A stretch of DNA of 64,000 bases from positions 62,001-126,000 of the forward strand of contig JAYWIR010000035.1 in NCBI GenBank assembly GCA_036172245.1, given 5' to 3'. Below the pieces are notes generated by a model. The model made no database searches. It saw only the letters and a program-made list of their open reading frames with translations, and was not told the DNA's origin. Numbering within the stretch: position 1 is the stretch's first letter; each line of letters begins with the position of its first letter. The position numbers and the translations under genes are program-made. This document shows positions 26,101 to 38,933 of the stretch, in pieces. The DNA is from Raillietiella orientalis. Taxonomy: Eukaryota.

Positions 26101-29100
26101 AGCAGCAAGATGGCCCCACCTGTGTGCAATCGGAACCTACCTAGCCGGCATCCTGGAAAGGATGCAGAGGACGCCCTTCAGCGAGCCATGATCGCTTCTG
26201 GACCTCCAGTTGTTTTTTTATTTCGTGAACTTTTTTTTGTTGTTGTTTTCCCCCTCCCCTCCGCTGCCAAGGTAAACCTCGCTGGTCTACGCACTGACAA
26301 CCTAGCAGGTCCACAGACGAATTGGGCGTGGTAGGACTACGCATGTCCTACCACAATTTGAGAGTTCACCCCGGGGTGAAAAAATCGGGCAACCGATTCG
26401 TCACGACGGGAACACACGCTGGGCTTCCAGTTCCGTACCCTGCTCCGGAAGCACCCGAAACTCCATTTCGTTTCTCCAGACTCGATCTTTTGCGGGTGAG
26501 ATAGCAGCTTCCCCAAGCAATGCGAATATCCCACCGAAGTTTCCAGATTCGCGCCCACTTTCGATGTCACGTGATTGCGCGTCACACCTCCACGCTTGCT
26601 TTTCAATTCGATAGCAGCCTGAGTTCCGCGGTCCTCCGGGAATCGCTGGGAGGGTTCCCTGAGTGGAATCACTTGCCCACGCTCTTTCACCCTGTCGCTC
26701 CATCCCGCACACAAGCACAGCCTACCCGGTACTGGCCGAATCCCCTGACCGGGACGAAGGCGTGCATCCACACGGGACTGTAACAGTGGCCGCTCGTCCA
26801 GAGCTCCTTCGCGTGAACCTTCCTGGCTTCGTCCGCATACTGCAGGGACACCCGGATGTCTCCTAGGCTCCTCCCGTGAACGCTGGAGCCGTAGCAGTAG
26901 AACCAGAAGGACATGCAGCGCCCTCTGTCAGGGCTGCCGAAGAACTCCTCGGAGATCAAGGACGCCTTCTCCTGCAGGCCGCTTTTTGAGGACTTCCGGG
27001 GAGCGTAATAAGTGCCTTGGGGAGGGCAAAAGCGCTTTCAGGGTCGCGCCCTGAGCCGAGGATGTGGGCTCACCCTCCGAGGTCCCCAGCGTGTGATCGG
27101 CGGGCGGCGATGTGGCTCCCTCCGCCTTGACGCGCTCCCAGCCTAACTCGATCCTCCGGGTCGGATGCCCTGCGCAGGTTCTTTCGTAGCTTTCCTCGCC
27201 CGCGGGACAGGCCCTGGGACCCGCGTCCGTCCATCCGCAGCCGCTCTCTTCGAAGTCGCAGTCGAGGCCGTGGGAGGAGGCGAAAGGCGGCGAAGCTGAA
27301 ACGGAACACCAGATGAAGAGGCTGGGATGGGGGGGAGGAAACTTCATCTTCGTCTTCCTCGCCACTTCCAGCTTCCGATTTGGCGAAGCGTCTCTTGAAG
27401 GCACGAGAGGAGGGGGAGGGGAGCTTTGCGGCACGAACCTGGGCAAGGGCCTGGGGCAACGGAGATTTCGTCCAGTGCGATGTCCCCGAGATGCCTCTTC
27501 CCTATTTCTCCCTCGAAAGCGACCTGGAGAATGAAAGGTGGGGGGAGAGCGAGGCTCTCTGAAGTCCCGAAGCCCCTTCCCTCCCTCTGCTCCACGATGC
27601 ACCCACCACGATGCTGCTCCTGGCCACCAAGGTCACCTGCGCCGGGAACCACTCCTGGCCGACTTCCCCGTCCACCGACCAGACGACCTTCGTGCCGCCG
27701 CCGCTCGTCATGAGGACGCGTAGGGCGCCCACGCCTTCCCCAAACATGTGCGCCCAGAACCGCAGGCATTTCAGGTACCGGAGGTGACCACCTGCAAAGG
27801 CGAGTGACCGGTGGGTGACCCTGTCCAATTTTTTTTTCTTCGTCTTTCTATCTCGGCGGAGACCTGGACAAAATCCGATTCCTTTCCCGGTGCTGGACGC
27901 TGTACCCGCGACCCCCCGTCGACCTCATGAATCGCCGAGGATGGGAGAAAGCAGGTGAGAGTGGCGCCGTCCCTCAGGCGAGCCTGACGCGTCCCGAAAC
28001 TTCGATGGCGACGGCGACTCCCGTTCCCGAGGGAGGAACGGCTACCTCCCTCCCCCATCGCCGGAGGGTGTGTGCGCCGGGGGAGGAGAAGGCGGTTGAG
28101 AGTTCTCCGGGCAGCCATCGCGGACCTTGTGCCCGACAAATTAGTCCAAGGTAATAGACCCCTCGGGACATCGGCAACTTTCCTTCCCTTGACACGAGAC
28201 AACAAAGTGCTTCACTCGCTGCGGCACGTGATGGAAACGCACGCTCGAGACACGTTCCGCGGCAGAGGACGGCGGCGGTGTTTGGAGCAGGTGGCGGAGT
28301 TTTCCTTCGTGACGTCAAGAGGGAGCGCGATGGAGGACGATGCGGCACGTCCTTCTTCCAGGTGTTTTTCTGCTCGAGATCCCTCCGCGTCTTTGTCGGT
28401 CATCCCTGGAACGGTACTCTCCGAGCATCCGGGAGCGTCTGACCTCCTCTGTTCCCTTCTTTCCTCAGCCTTCGAGGTCCCCCCTTATGGCCACGCTCCT
28501 ACAGTGTACCCTGCGAAGGGCTGCGGCGTGCATCGGGATGGTTTCCACGTGCCCGAAGGTCGGCACTGCGAGGAGTTGAGGTCGGGACAGCGAGAAAAAA
28601 GCCGGCGGGCATTCCTCGTCCCTGCTTCGGTCTCGGCAGCAGACAAAAATCGCAGATTTTTCGAACCACTCTGCTGCGAACGCTGGAGACTGGGACTCGA
28701 GTCTCCTGGACTCTGACGGTCTCAGAACACGGGACTGCCCCTTTCGCTCCCAGGAAAGGCTGTTGCGGGAGGAAAGGTTTCGCTCTACCTCCTCTTCCTC
28801 TCCATTCTCCCTCCTTCCTTAACTGACTGCCTGACGGCGCTGCCAAAGGCGCACCCTTCCAACATCCGTCGGCCGCCTATTCCCCTTTCCTCCTCCACCT
28901 TCCCTGAGGTCTCTGGACTTCCGGAGAAGCGAGAAAAAATTGGAGCAGGTGATGGATGGATGGCCATGGAGGTTCAACCGTACGGCTGGACCTGGTTGTG
29001 CCTGGACAAGTCTACCGCCGCATATGAGCTTCCCGCGTCCAGGCACAACGGTGCTCGCGTGCAGGAGTTTGGCCCCATGTCGTAGGGCTACCCCCTTGGA

Positions 29101-32100
29101 AGGATACGTGACCGTCCGACAGCAGAACATGTGTCCCGGAGGTCAGAGCGGAAGGATGGTCCCCGGCTTCGCCTATGGAAGGATTCCGCGAGGGATCGCG
29201 CGCGTCCCCGGCGGCGGTCTCCCGCCGAATAGTGCTCGGGAGGACGCGGGGTGAGCAGCGTCCTCCAAGTGTCCCGAGACCCAGCCCCGAGTCGTCCAGG
29301 GCCGTGAGCTCGTGGAGGGCAGCTCCGACTGGAGACCCCAGCCCTTTCAAGTAGGGCTCGAGTGAGAAGGCCACAGCAGAGCTTCCGGGATGTCGCCGTG
29401 AGCTCTTTGGGAACGGCCGCTTGCCCCAGGAACCATGACGACCGGCTCCCTTGCAGCAACCGCCTCTGTGGACACTGCACCCTCCTCATGGAACTCGGCC
29501 CTTGTGAATCACCCCCTTCCTCAACAGCGAAAGACGGCGCCTGAGGGCAGAAAACCCGATGACCTCCTTTCCAGCCACCTGCAGTCGTGTGGACGCGGAA
29601 CCCAGCGGAAGAGCGGCGGAAGGAGCACTAGACTCCAGGGAACGTCACCAGGTGAAGGTCAGCTCAAACGGAGGAGCTCTGGGGAATGCTGGACGTAGGA
29701 GCCATCCCTCATGATGAAGGCAAAGTCTTGGAACTTCTCATCTCCGCTCCTCGTATCCAAGATCTCCTCAGCTGCCTTCTAGAACTTCTATCCGTCTCCG
29801 TGGTTGCAATCGGTGACCTCAAACACAGGCTGCACGCACGAGTCTCTCCTCTGTCCGGTGGATCGTCGTTCAGAATGTATCACGTGACGAGATTCGGGAA
29901 TGGGAGACGGGACGTGCCTCCGGCACGCCCCAGCAAAAAAGGACCCGATAGGGCCAATCACGAAAATCATGCCCGGAGGGTGAGAGGGTATCTTCACGGT
30001 GCAACCGCAGCTTCCTACGGCGACGATCAGGGGTCCGAACGCGCAGAGCGGAAAGCGTACAGATGCAGGAAAAGGAGGAGGAGGAAGGGAGGAGGAGCGT
30101 CCTTGCCTCGACCGTCTCTAAAGGTGAGGAGAGAAGGCGGTCCATCCAATCCCGTTCTTCTGCGCCATCTTCCGACTCAGGGAGATTCCACCGCACAAAA
30201 TGAGAGGCAGTGACCTCTCCTGGGAAGAAACTTTCTCATTTCTCCCATCCGCTGCCGAGGCGTGGTGATCTGGAGCCGCGGTATGCACCTGGGGGCATGC
30301 GTTGCCTTTTTCTTCGCCCATGTGCCACCTACACACCACTCAACCGGAAAAACAAGAACCACTGTTTGCGAAGTTGCAAAAGATCTTTTCTGGTAAACTG
30401 CGCCTTTTTCCCTCTTCTTGATTCGATCAAGAAGGAGCTTCTGAGGGGCGGTTTTCGACATCTCCGGAGACGTGAGTCCGGCCTCCGACCTCCCAACTTC
30501 CTGAAGTTCACCGAAACATCACTTGCCTTCTAGAGCACCAATTAGAATTCCCTTCTCTCGAAGTTCAGCTTCTTGGGGCTCAAAGACTCACCAGCCTGGA
30601 CGCTCCCCAGGTCCTCATACCAGGGAAGAAAAGAGGGAGGGGGAGGACGAACCGCGGACACAGGAGAGGTCCAGCGTACCCTCTGTCGGGGAGAGCAAGT
30701 CTCTTGTTCACTCGTCGTTAGGACGGGAGATGCCGCTGGCGCAGAGAGCGGGCTAGGCAACACGCCTCCCTCCCCCTGTAAACGTTCCCCATCCCATGCT
30801 TCTCGTTCCAGGTTCGTTCTCCGCCTCAGGAACGGCCATGCAGGTTCGCGGCTGCTCTGGCAACCCGCAAACATCATGTTCCCCAGTCCCCACCCCCTTC
30901 CCTCCCAGAGCGAGCAGAGCAATCGCGGAGGCACCATCTCACGGGGAGCTTCGTTACCTTCCGAGTCGGAGGCAGCCGGGAAGACGGCGCGCAGCTGAGC
31001 CCGGTCACCCGGACTGGCAGGAAATGCGCTGCTGAGCAGGGCGAAGCCTCCCGTCTGGAGATTCAGAGCGTCCCGGGCGGGTCCAGTGACGGCGCTCGAG
31101 CTGCCTCGACTCTGCAGTAGTATCGTGGCAAGGCACGGGGAACAGCGGGAAGTGGGAAGGAGAGGGAAGATCTTTCACCTCCCTCTTCCTCCCCCCTTTT
31201 TCCTCCTACCAGGGTCCAGTCCAGGTCGTCTCCTCCTGCGTTTTGGTATGCGCAGAAGCCGCCGCCGAAGCTGCAGTGCGCTACACAGGTCGAGGCGCGG
31301 CTGACCTGCACGCTGTCGACGGAGAAGAAACCCCTCCTCTCTCGGGAGCCCCTGGTGCCAGGTTCTCCTTGCAAGACGATCTGGAAGGGGAGGATGGGGG
31401 GGGAGAACCAGGAAGGAGAGACGCTGCATCTTCGGCGGTGCCCCCCTTCCCCCCGTAGAAGCTAGCTCGACGACCTCCGTTTGTCCGACCTTGCGCGCCC
31501 TCTTCGAAAGACGTCTGGAGAAGTCTCCCTCCGGCAGGATCCGAAGAACGCCAGGAAGAGCCTCCCGTCATCCTGATCTCTTGGCGGCGGCACAGAAGCG
31601 TGAAAGCACCACTGGAGCTCCCTCCGGTCTCTTGGCTCCTCTCCCCTCCCTTCCAAGCGTCCCGGCAGCGCAGCGAGCCGCTCCAATTTCCCGTGACGAC
31701 GTTCCCGGAGGGAGGCCGGCCAGCCCCCAGGAGCGAAACCCCATCTGCAGTGGGAGGCGACCGCTCTCCAGGTCAGAGAACACCACATCTTCCCGTAGCG
31801 CCGGCGGTCGCGAGGTCCTTCCAACCGGAAACTGCTCCCCCCCTTCTCTCTATCCCAAGGAGGGAGCGCTCCACAGTTGCCCTAGGGGGACACGTCCTGA
31901 CGGCAGACTGGTTCTCCTTCCGAGTGACCCGGGAAAGGGGTCTGTCTCTGGCCACCCTCCTGCTCTGTCGGGCTTCTCCTAACCGTGGGAAGACTGAAGA
32001 TCCCCTCGGTGCCTCTTCTCTCGCGAACGAACACGGCCGAGGGCTGCCCATCCATCAACGGGTGCGCCGAGGGAAGGGAGGAGAGGAGAGGTGGGAAATG

Positions 32101-35100
32101 CCCTCAGTCTCTCTGGGACCTCGGTTACGCGCAGTGGGGTTCCGGCCCGGAGGTCTTTCAGTTTGGCACAGACTTAAGCGAGCCTGTCCGAGGGAGTGGG
32201 CATGAGAGGGAGGGATTGCCCTCTGAGACCCGGAGAAGTCGTGCGCGCTGACGCCTCGGCAACCCTACCGTGGGCACCAGGACCAACTCCTCAGGAGTGG
32301 GAAGCCCTCAAGGGAGGAATAATGCCCCCAGGGGAGGAGAGGCAAGAACGGCGACCTCCACAGAGATGGAGGCTGCGATCCTGAGGAACGTCCTGCAGTG
32401 GCGCTGGGCTGTTTTCCTAAGACGGTCGTCTCCAGACCCTCTTGTTGCGGGATTTTCCCTCTCTTCTGGGCCTGCCGGGCAGATGGGCGTAGACCCACCC
32501 CACTGGAGGGCAGCGGGAGAGACAGCCAGCGCCAGCGTCCACCGCAGCGCGCACATCTCGCGAGGTTCCGGGAGATGTTCGCGTCTCCGTTCCTAGCCTT
32601 CGACTCCGCCGCCATCGCCCGCGCAAGCAAAGCAGCTCTCCAGGCGGGAAAGGAGAGGAGGAAAGCTTCGGTGATCACCTCTTAGATGGCGATTGGCCTA
32701 GAGTTCGCGGCCTGTTTCCGGAGAAGTTCCTGGAAGTGATCGAAAACGGGTTGGGACGCTCGCGCGTGCAGCTTTTGCCTTCGTCCCCGCCTCACCGGGG
32801 GTGTCCCCGTATCCTTCCTGCTGGCGGTTGCTCCGGCGTCGGGAAACGAATTTTTCCTGCAGTTCCGCCAGCCATCAGGAGCGGCAGGAGGGGAGAGGGA
32901 CCGCTCCTCGCTAACCCGTACCTTCCACTTCCCATTGCTGCAAATCATCTCTAACGTCGCCGTTATGCCTCATCTTTGTACACCTTTCCCACAAAGCATA
33001 CACATGTTTCCAGGGTCAACAGACGAGCCTGCGAGAGAAGGGGGGGGGGGATCCACTCTGAAGATCGTGATGGCGATGTGACCTCGTTTCCAGAGAACAC
33101 ATTGCCAACTCTGGTGTGCACTGCACATTGGGGAGAAATGCTCATCCCAAAACTCTGGCGATGACCCTGAGTGCCTGTTTCGTGGACTTTCTTACTCGAT
33201 AGAGATGCAGCTTCCCACCGTTTCGAAAAAGGCGCTGCCTCCCTGAGCTCTCGTAAGGAGACTCGCTTGGCAGAGAGAGAGAGAGAGAGAGAGAGATGCG
33301 CAAGAAGTTTTCCCTGTTCCAGGAAAATCTCAAGCACGGAAACAGAGCCTGGCTCCCTCCTGCGTGGTGTAAGGGCACAAGATGGCGAAAGACGCACAAA
33401 AAAATGACCTTGAGGGAACAAACGTATCCGAGAATCCCGAGCACTTCCCTCCACCGGCGAGCAGCACAGGAAAGTCATGAGAAAAGCTGCAAGAGGTGGT
33501 TTCATCAGCAGCGGGGCCCTGCTCTGCATTCCTTCTTCCGCCGGACAGGTTTGCCAAGAGCCGCCTGGGCACGAACGGGAAAGACTACCTCTCGACGGCG
33601 CGTGGAGATTGTGCCACTAAAAACGGCTTCCAGATCTCTTAGTGACCCAGTGCGTCACCACGCCCGACTTGCAAATACTACCGCTCTATTATTATTTTTT
33701 TCTATTCCTCCATCTCTTTCTACGGCTTTCAGCCATCGAAAGGCTCTCCTTGTTCTTTACCGGGAAGATTCCCCCGTGATCCGCAAAAATCAAGTCTTGA
33801 ACGCACCTTGTCAACCTCCCCGAAACGCTTCATCCCCGAATGGTGTTCCTCAAGGGAACGAACTAAAGGGATCGGATTGGGAAACGTGGTGGATGGAGCA
33901 GCTGCGCGTCGGCCCCTGCTCTCAAACTGATGATAGATCTTGGGCTAGTCGTGAAAGAGCGCAGGGCACTTTGGATATCCCACCGTGGTCGAACTCGCCT
34001 CTTGGGAGACCTTGGGATGCTGCATTGATTGCTGTTCTTTTCCGTTGCCACACTGTCGAGTGCCCAAAGGCGAATTCGGATGGTCCCTGCGTGGCTGATC
34101 ATCCCTCTTCTCGGCCATTTCGCACGTTTCCTCCAGCGTCCCACAGTCCAGTCTCCAACGTTTTCCTTGTGTTTCCTCCCAGCAGTGGCGAGGACGAACA
34201 TGGTTAGCAGATGTTTCCTAGCGTTCCGACCGCGCTCGTGACATCTAGCGGAAGCTGCTGAAAGTGTTTCGTCCCCCGGCTGAGCATACGTAACTGCTGT
34301 GCACGCGAAATGGCGGCTCGGCTGCGATGACTTTCTCCGGAGAGAACTGGGGGAGGGGAGAAGCGGACAACAATCATTGGGCTTCAGATCCTATAGGAAA
34401 CGAAGGAGAGAAACCATCTCTAGATCTGCTATCTCTGACAATCACGAAAGTTTTCTGACACGGGGTGAAATCTGAGGCTGCCTGGGAAGTGACCTCTCTC
34501 CCTCGGGCACGGGTACGAAACCCAGAGCACCGACCTCCTCGACGAGCGCTCCGGAAGAGACTGTCACGAGAAAAAGCGCGTTCGTAGGGTTTCGAACCCC
34601 AGCCGACTCCTTGTTGGTCCGAGGAGGATTGGCGGGAAAGAAAACAAAAGGAGCGGAAATCCGCAATCGCTTATCCCATCTGCGGGTCACGCGCCGTTGA
34701 CTTCGGAACTTCGGGGCTCGCTGCTCCTCCCTCCCCCACACCAGCTCCTTCGTCGTGCCAGAGTGTCAAGTCAACAAATTCCCTTTCTTCCGCACCCTCC
34801 CTCTCTCGGAAAGATGTGAAGTTACCAACCGGAAGGGCTCGTGCCGTCATAGCCCCGGACATGAACCGGAAATCGTGGTCACGAAACGTCCCCCTCCCCC
34901 CTTCATGCGGAGTTTCTCTCCCTCCTCTCTTCCCCAATCGAACTCACTGCGTGCGCGCCTGGATGACTGTAGAGGAGCTGAGCTCGTTCCCATCTCCCGT
35001 GGGTCGTGTCTTGGGATTGCCAGAGCACTTCCTCGCGCTCGGTTTCCAACGCGACCAGCAGCAACTTGAGCGAGTGGGCGCCGATCCCGAAGGAGGAGTA

Positions 35101-37130
35101 GCTGAAAGGAAAGGGGGGGGGGTTCGCTTGACATGCCAGGAGAAAGCACCCGGGGATATCGGCTACGGCGGTGCAGCCGCCAAAAACCCAAGGCGTCCTA
35201 CGGCGCGCACCCGCGACCTCCTCCTCTCGAGAGATCGCGTTCCGCCTTGGCATTCTCGCCAGGGGCGGAGACCCCCTCCTCCCACGCAGTTACTCGTAGA
35301 AGGCCTCCGAACAGCAAAAGATCACCTTCCGCAAACCATCGTCTTCCCGCTTGTGCTCCTGGGCGTGTGAGGGAAGCTTCCTTCGGCCTCCCTCGACCGG
35401 AAGGGGGGTCGGCGGGGAAGACGGAAAGTCCCAGGCGAGGATGGGATCGCCAAGCGCGACATCCCGGTGAGGTCCAGAATGGACAGGCGAGCCCGCAGGA
35501 GGCAGAGGCGCGACATCCCCGTGAGGATGCGTGCGGATGCTCCTCCTCCTCCTCCTCCCTTAAGAGGAGAGGGGGGCGTCCTCCGGAAGGCTCAAGAATG
35601 GGAAGGAAGCAGAGAAGACAACTTAAGCGCGTCTCGGTCGGCGGCGGCGGCGCAGTGCGGTGGCGCTGGCGAGTTCGCCGGCCGCGAGAGGGCAGGCGTC
35701 CTGGCTGGAGAAAGCCGACCCGGTGCTGGCCGCCATCACAGGACGATCGCTGAAGCGGCACCATCGCCACAATGGTGCCGCCCATCCTCCGGCGCCAGAT
35801 GGAGAGACACTGTCAACAAGGTGTCCGTGGTACCGCTGCGTCAAGGACGGCCAGGTTCGGATACGGCCACGTGTTTGTTGTATCCTCACGATCGTTCGCG
35901 GTGGCGTCGGCCAGCAGCCCTGCTCTGGGGCAACTGCCCCCTCCTGGAAAGGTGGCCGACGGTAGGGACTCGTCGGCCGGTCCTCCAGCGCATGACCGAA
36001 GCGAGGCAAGATTCAGTGCAGAGGGAAGCCGTTCCCGCAAGATGGGATGCTATGGCCACCATCTCGTTGGCGCTCAGCATGTGCAGTGGTCGGGGATCGT
36101 GCCGGCGGAAGCGAACCCCAAGAAGGCGCCACGAAACTAGCCCGAGGTCATCTGCAAGCGGGGAAGGAAAGCAGCCAGCCTCGTCCGACGTCTGCTTCCA
36201 ACGCCAAGCCTCGCCTCCCCCTTCCCCCATCCGCCCCCGCACTTTGATCGGGACGGAAGTGGCGGCGAACACGAGGCAGCCTGGAGGGAAGGCGCTCGGG
36301 GGGAGGGAAGCCACAGCTGTCGTGGAGGCGAAGGTCGCTGCCACCCGAGGCACGACCGCCGGAAACCCAGGGCATCCTGAAACCACGCAGCGCGCGCCTC
36401 CGCCGTCGTCGTCGCAGCGGGTGGCTGGTTGCCTCGCAGAACGCCGGCTAAACCCCGGCGGTCTTTTTTAGGATCTTGCCGCTGCCATGGAATGGAATGC
36501 TGCGGAAGATGGTGGGGAAGGGAAGGGGGGCGAGGGAAAAATGCGCGCGGAACGTCTCTCGGAAACGAGCGCTCTTATCGACAAGGAATCTTCTGGAAGG
36601 AGCGCGGACGGAAGTGGACGAACGGAAGCAACCTCTTGAGCTGCGCTGATTGCTCGCACACCACCGCCGCGACCGGGGCTCCGTTCGGTTTATCATCGCC
36701 CCCCTTCCCTTCCCTCGCAGTGGCGGGAGGGGGTGAAGGGGGTGCACACAGCTCTTCCGTCACCTGAACTGGAAGCAAGCTCCTTCGGGATCTTCGTTCC
36801 TCATGGTGGGACTCACCAGCCTGGCCGCTGCTCCGACCTGCCCGGAAGTGGAGGTCTCGAACAACGCGTATCCACCTGGAGGACAGAGATTGCCGGCTGT
36901 GATGCTGCAAAGATTTTCGAGTTCCCCTCTCCTTCCCATCGTCCTTTCCCACACGCGCGAGGCTCAGGCGAACTCCTGACCATCATCGGAACCGGCCGCA
37001 TCCTTTTCGGGACCTCCTATCCAGTTGTGCAGCCTCCCGCTGGACGCGACCCACGTGGAAGGGGATGACGCATCGGAGTTCCTCCAGGAGCACAGGCTGG
37101 AGTTGCTCCCCGATCCAAAGTCACAGCTCA
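17137..37130 (-). CDS. Four-MAM-domain extracellular protein (MALRD-like family; at least 763 aa; 5' signal-peptide exon not located)
   Basis: 14 GT-AG exons with matching phases and no internal stop: 37130-36981, 36875-36764, 35101-34948, 31380-31210, 31111-30958, 27791-27607, 27523-27439, 27295-27074, 27015-26726, 22401-22314, 22264-22103, 17741-17491, 17446-17245, 17201-17137. Four MAM repeats begin SCDF..LCSW, HCSF..FCAY, DCDFEESGCGW, DCSFD..LCGY; have cores CFQFSY, CLRFW, CMSFW, CLTFW; and end FSVDSVQV..C, IALDEISV..GPC, VALDDVSF..DDC, YSIDNIKI..NC. Confidence 0.88.
20012..20363 (+). pseudogene. Decayed fragment of an SLC6 (Na+-dependent neutral amino acid transporter, SLC6A15/17/19-like) gene, antisense in a MAM-gene intron
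   Basis: Translates GNDCTQDAMITTGIILLTSLLTAVVVFAMLGF (SLC6 TM7, NNCxxDA...VFAVLGF), then shifts frame to QSNKCLI, and later reads HVMDELKQAGEGTGLAF followed by frameshifted IVxT (EL4 GTGLAF motif). Contains in-frame stops and indels. Confidence 0.75.
25330..25650 (-). pseudogene. Possible decayed glycosyltransferase family 32 (A4GALT-like) fragment
   Basis: Reads VHPLINILL...SAQVRMLRLSRIFRSEQRAYMWRRGQFHASELDSFILARVAAVSAIKRL. The spacing loosely parallels the GT32 segment before the GGIYLDxD motif, but no DxD motif follows. Pattern resemblance only. Confidence 0.25.
33272..33296. repeat. (AG)n microsatellite, about 12 units
   Basis: Direct read. Confidence 0.95.
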
Positions 37131-38366
37131 CTACAAGAGAGGCACGTGGGGAGGGAGTGCCCTTTCCTGTCCCCTGCATCCATCCCTCTTGCCTTGGAAT
37201 GGAGTGCGCATGGGTTCCTGAAAAAGTGGATGAGGAAAAGATGCAGGTCTGTCGCCTAGCGGGACGATTCTTCAACGCGGGACTCAATGAAAGAAAGAAA
37301 GAAGCCTTTGCAAAGGGGGACGCGCTGGAGCGCGCGCAGGAAGAGCAACCGCGCCACGAAAGAATCGATGCTCCAAACGGGCAAGTCGGTCAGCTGCCGC
37401 AGGCAGGCCGGCCCTCGCTCGCTCGCTTCCCTCGAAGGGCAGGGGAGGAAGAAATTCTACCTCACCCGCTGCGGACACGGATGTGCCAGTCCCAGGCAAT
37501 GCCTTCCGTCGCAGGGGGCGCGCTAGAGGGATCGCCGTACCGCGGTGAACCGAGCTGGGGTGGCCTCATCCTTAGGAAAGGTGCGTCGTGCCGCAAACCC
37601 GGAACCTCGACGGCCGACCTTCCCCGCTTGCTGGAATGCAGTCTGCGTCGGCCACGGACTCCTCATCCTTCCCTATTGGCTCCGCTTTGCTTTTTCCCTC
37701 TTTCGTTCTGTTCCCGTATTTTTCCATTTTTCTTTTGGGCTTTTCCCAACGACAGGTTCCGCGTCCAGCCCCTTTTCGCCTTATGCGGAACTCTTCGAGC
37801 ATGGGGCAGGCAGCCTCCCTTCGGCGTCGTTTGCTCACGCGCGCCGGAAGCAGTAGGACGGTGGACGACGACTCCCATCTCCTTCCACCACGATTCGGGA
37901 GAGAAGAAGGAGGGCGGGACGAGAAGGTGCGAACGGTACCTCACACCGCGGAGGAAGACGAACCGAAGCGCGGAATGGCCCTGGTGACCGGAGAGTACGA
38001 ATGTTCCCCGAACCTTCTTCGCACGTCACGAACCGAGAAGTGCCCGTCAAGGACGGCTGAGATCCACGCACACGTGGCTTTGTTGGTAAAGAATTTGTGG
38101 ACTTTGAGGCAGCGCCCATGTAAATTAGCAACCTGCCAGCATCGCCTGGGAGGGCGGTCAACTCCTGGCACGCAGATCACCGATCGATTTTTTCCCGGGC
38201 AGCCCGCGCCGCTCCCGCCATCTTGCAGCAGCAGTGATTGGCTATTTTATCCTCGACCGCCTTGTAAGCCACTTTTAAGGGAGACCGACCACTCCGTGAC
38301 TATTTCGAAGCGTCATGTGATTCCCTTCACCACACAGAACACACATATGCATATACATATTATACG

Positions 38367-38933
38367 AGGTCGCAATTCCTTGAGAGATGCCACAACTCAG
38401 AAAGTCTAAAAGCGTGCTGCTCCTTACTTTTCCTCTTTGCCAGATTATTAAAATCCATCAGGAAGTGTTTCCCCGGAAGATTTATTTATTTACTCGACTG
38501 CAGATGGTTTTAAGCACCCGCATTATCGAGCATCCATGGCGTAGCTATGAACCGGCGTTTTACGTACATATGTACGAGGGGCATGTCAAAAGAAAGGGCG
38601 GATCGGATACAAAGAAGGAACAAACAAGAGAAACAAAAATGTATGAGTGGTTCGAAACACACACATCCCCATATCATCTTTCTACGTAGTCACCATTTTT
38701 TCCCCCTCAAAAAAAACACTCTAAATAAACACCTTATAAAATGCTGGTTCATAGCTACGCCATGGATGCTCGATAATGCGGGTGCTTAAAACCATCTGCA
38801 GTCGAGTAAATAAATAAATCTTCCGGGGAAACACTGCCTGATGGATTTTAACAATCTGGCAAAGAGGAAAAGAAAGGAGCAGCACGCTTTTAGACTTTCT
38901 GAGTTGTGGCATCTCTCAAGGAATTGCGGACCT
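38367..38933. mobile_element. Foldback/MITE-like element with about 190-bp terminal inverted repeats
   Basis: 38371-38562 is the reverse complement of 38737-38928 with about 5 mismatches, around a spacer of about 174 bp. The element is AT-richer than the surrounding GC block. No clear TSD. Confidence 0.6.

Noticed and set aside
17168..27828. MAM fragments as frameshifted pseudogenes or programmed frameshifts
   Set aside because: All frame changes are explained by canonical GT-AG introns with matching phases.
35454..35526. 19-bp direct repeat pair, and the cccttcaggg repeats at about 41933-42110, as CRISPR-like arrays
   Set aside because: Only 2-3 copies, irregular spacing, eukaryotic context and no cas genes.
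35990..36110. Ankyrin-like PLHMLSANEMVAIASHL on the minus strand
   Set aside because: Single weak match, no further repeats or exon structure.
37310..37570. Candidate first exon(s) of the MAM gene
   Set aside because: The ATG-initiated piece ends in phase 2 and gives a stop with the next acceptor; no convincing signal peptide.
38387..38912. Two near-identical ORFs (MPQLRKSKSVLLL...) on opposite strands
   Set aside because: A by-product of the inverted repeat; no evidence of coding function.
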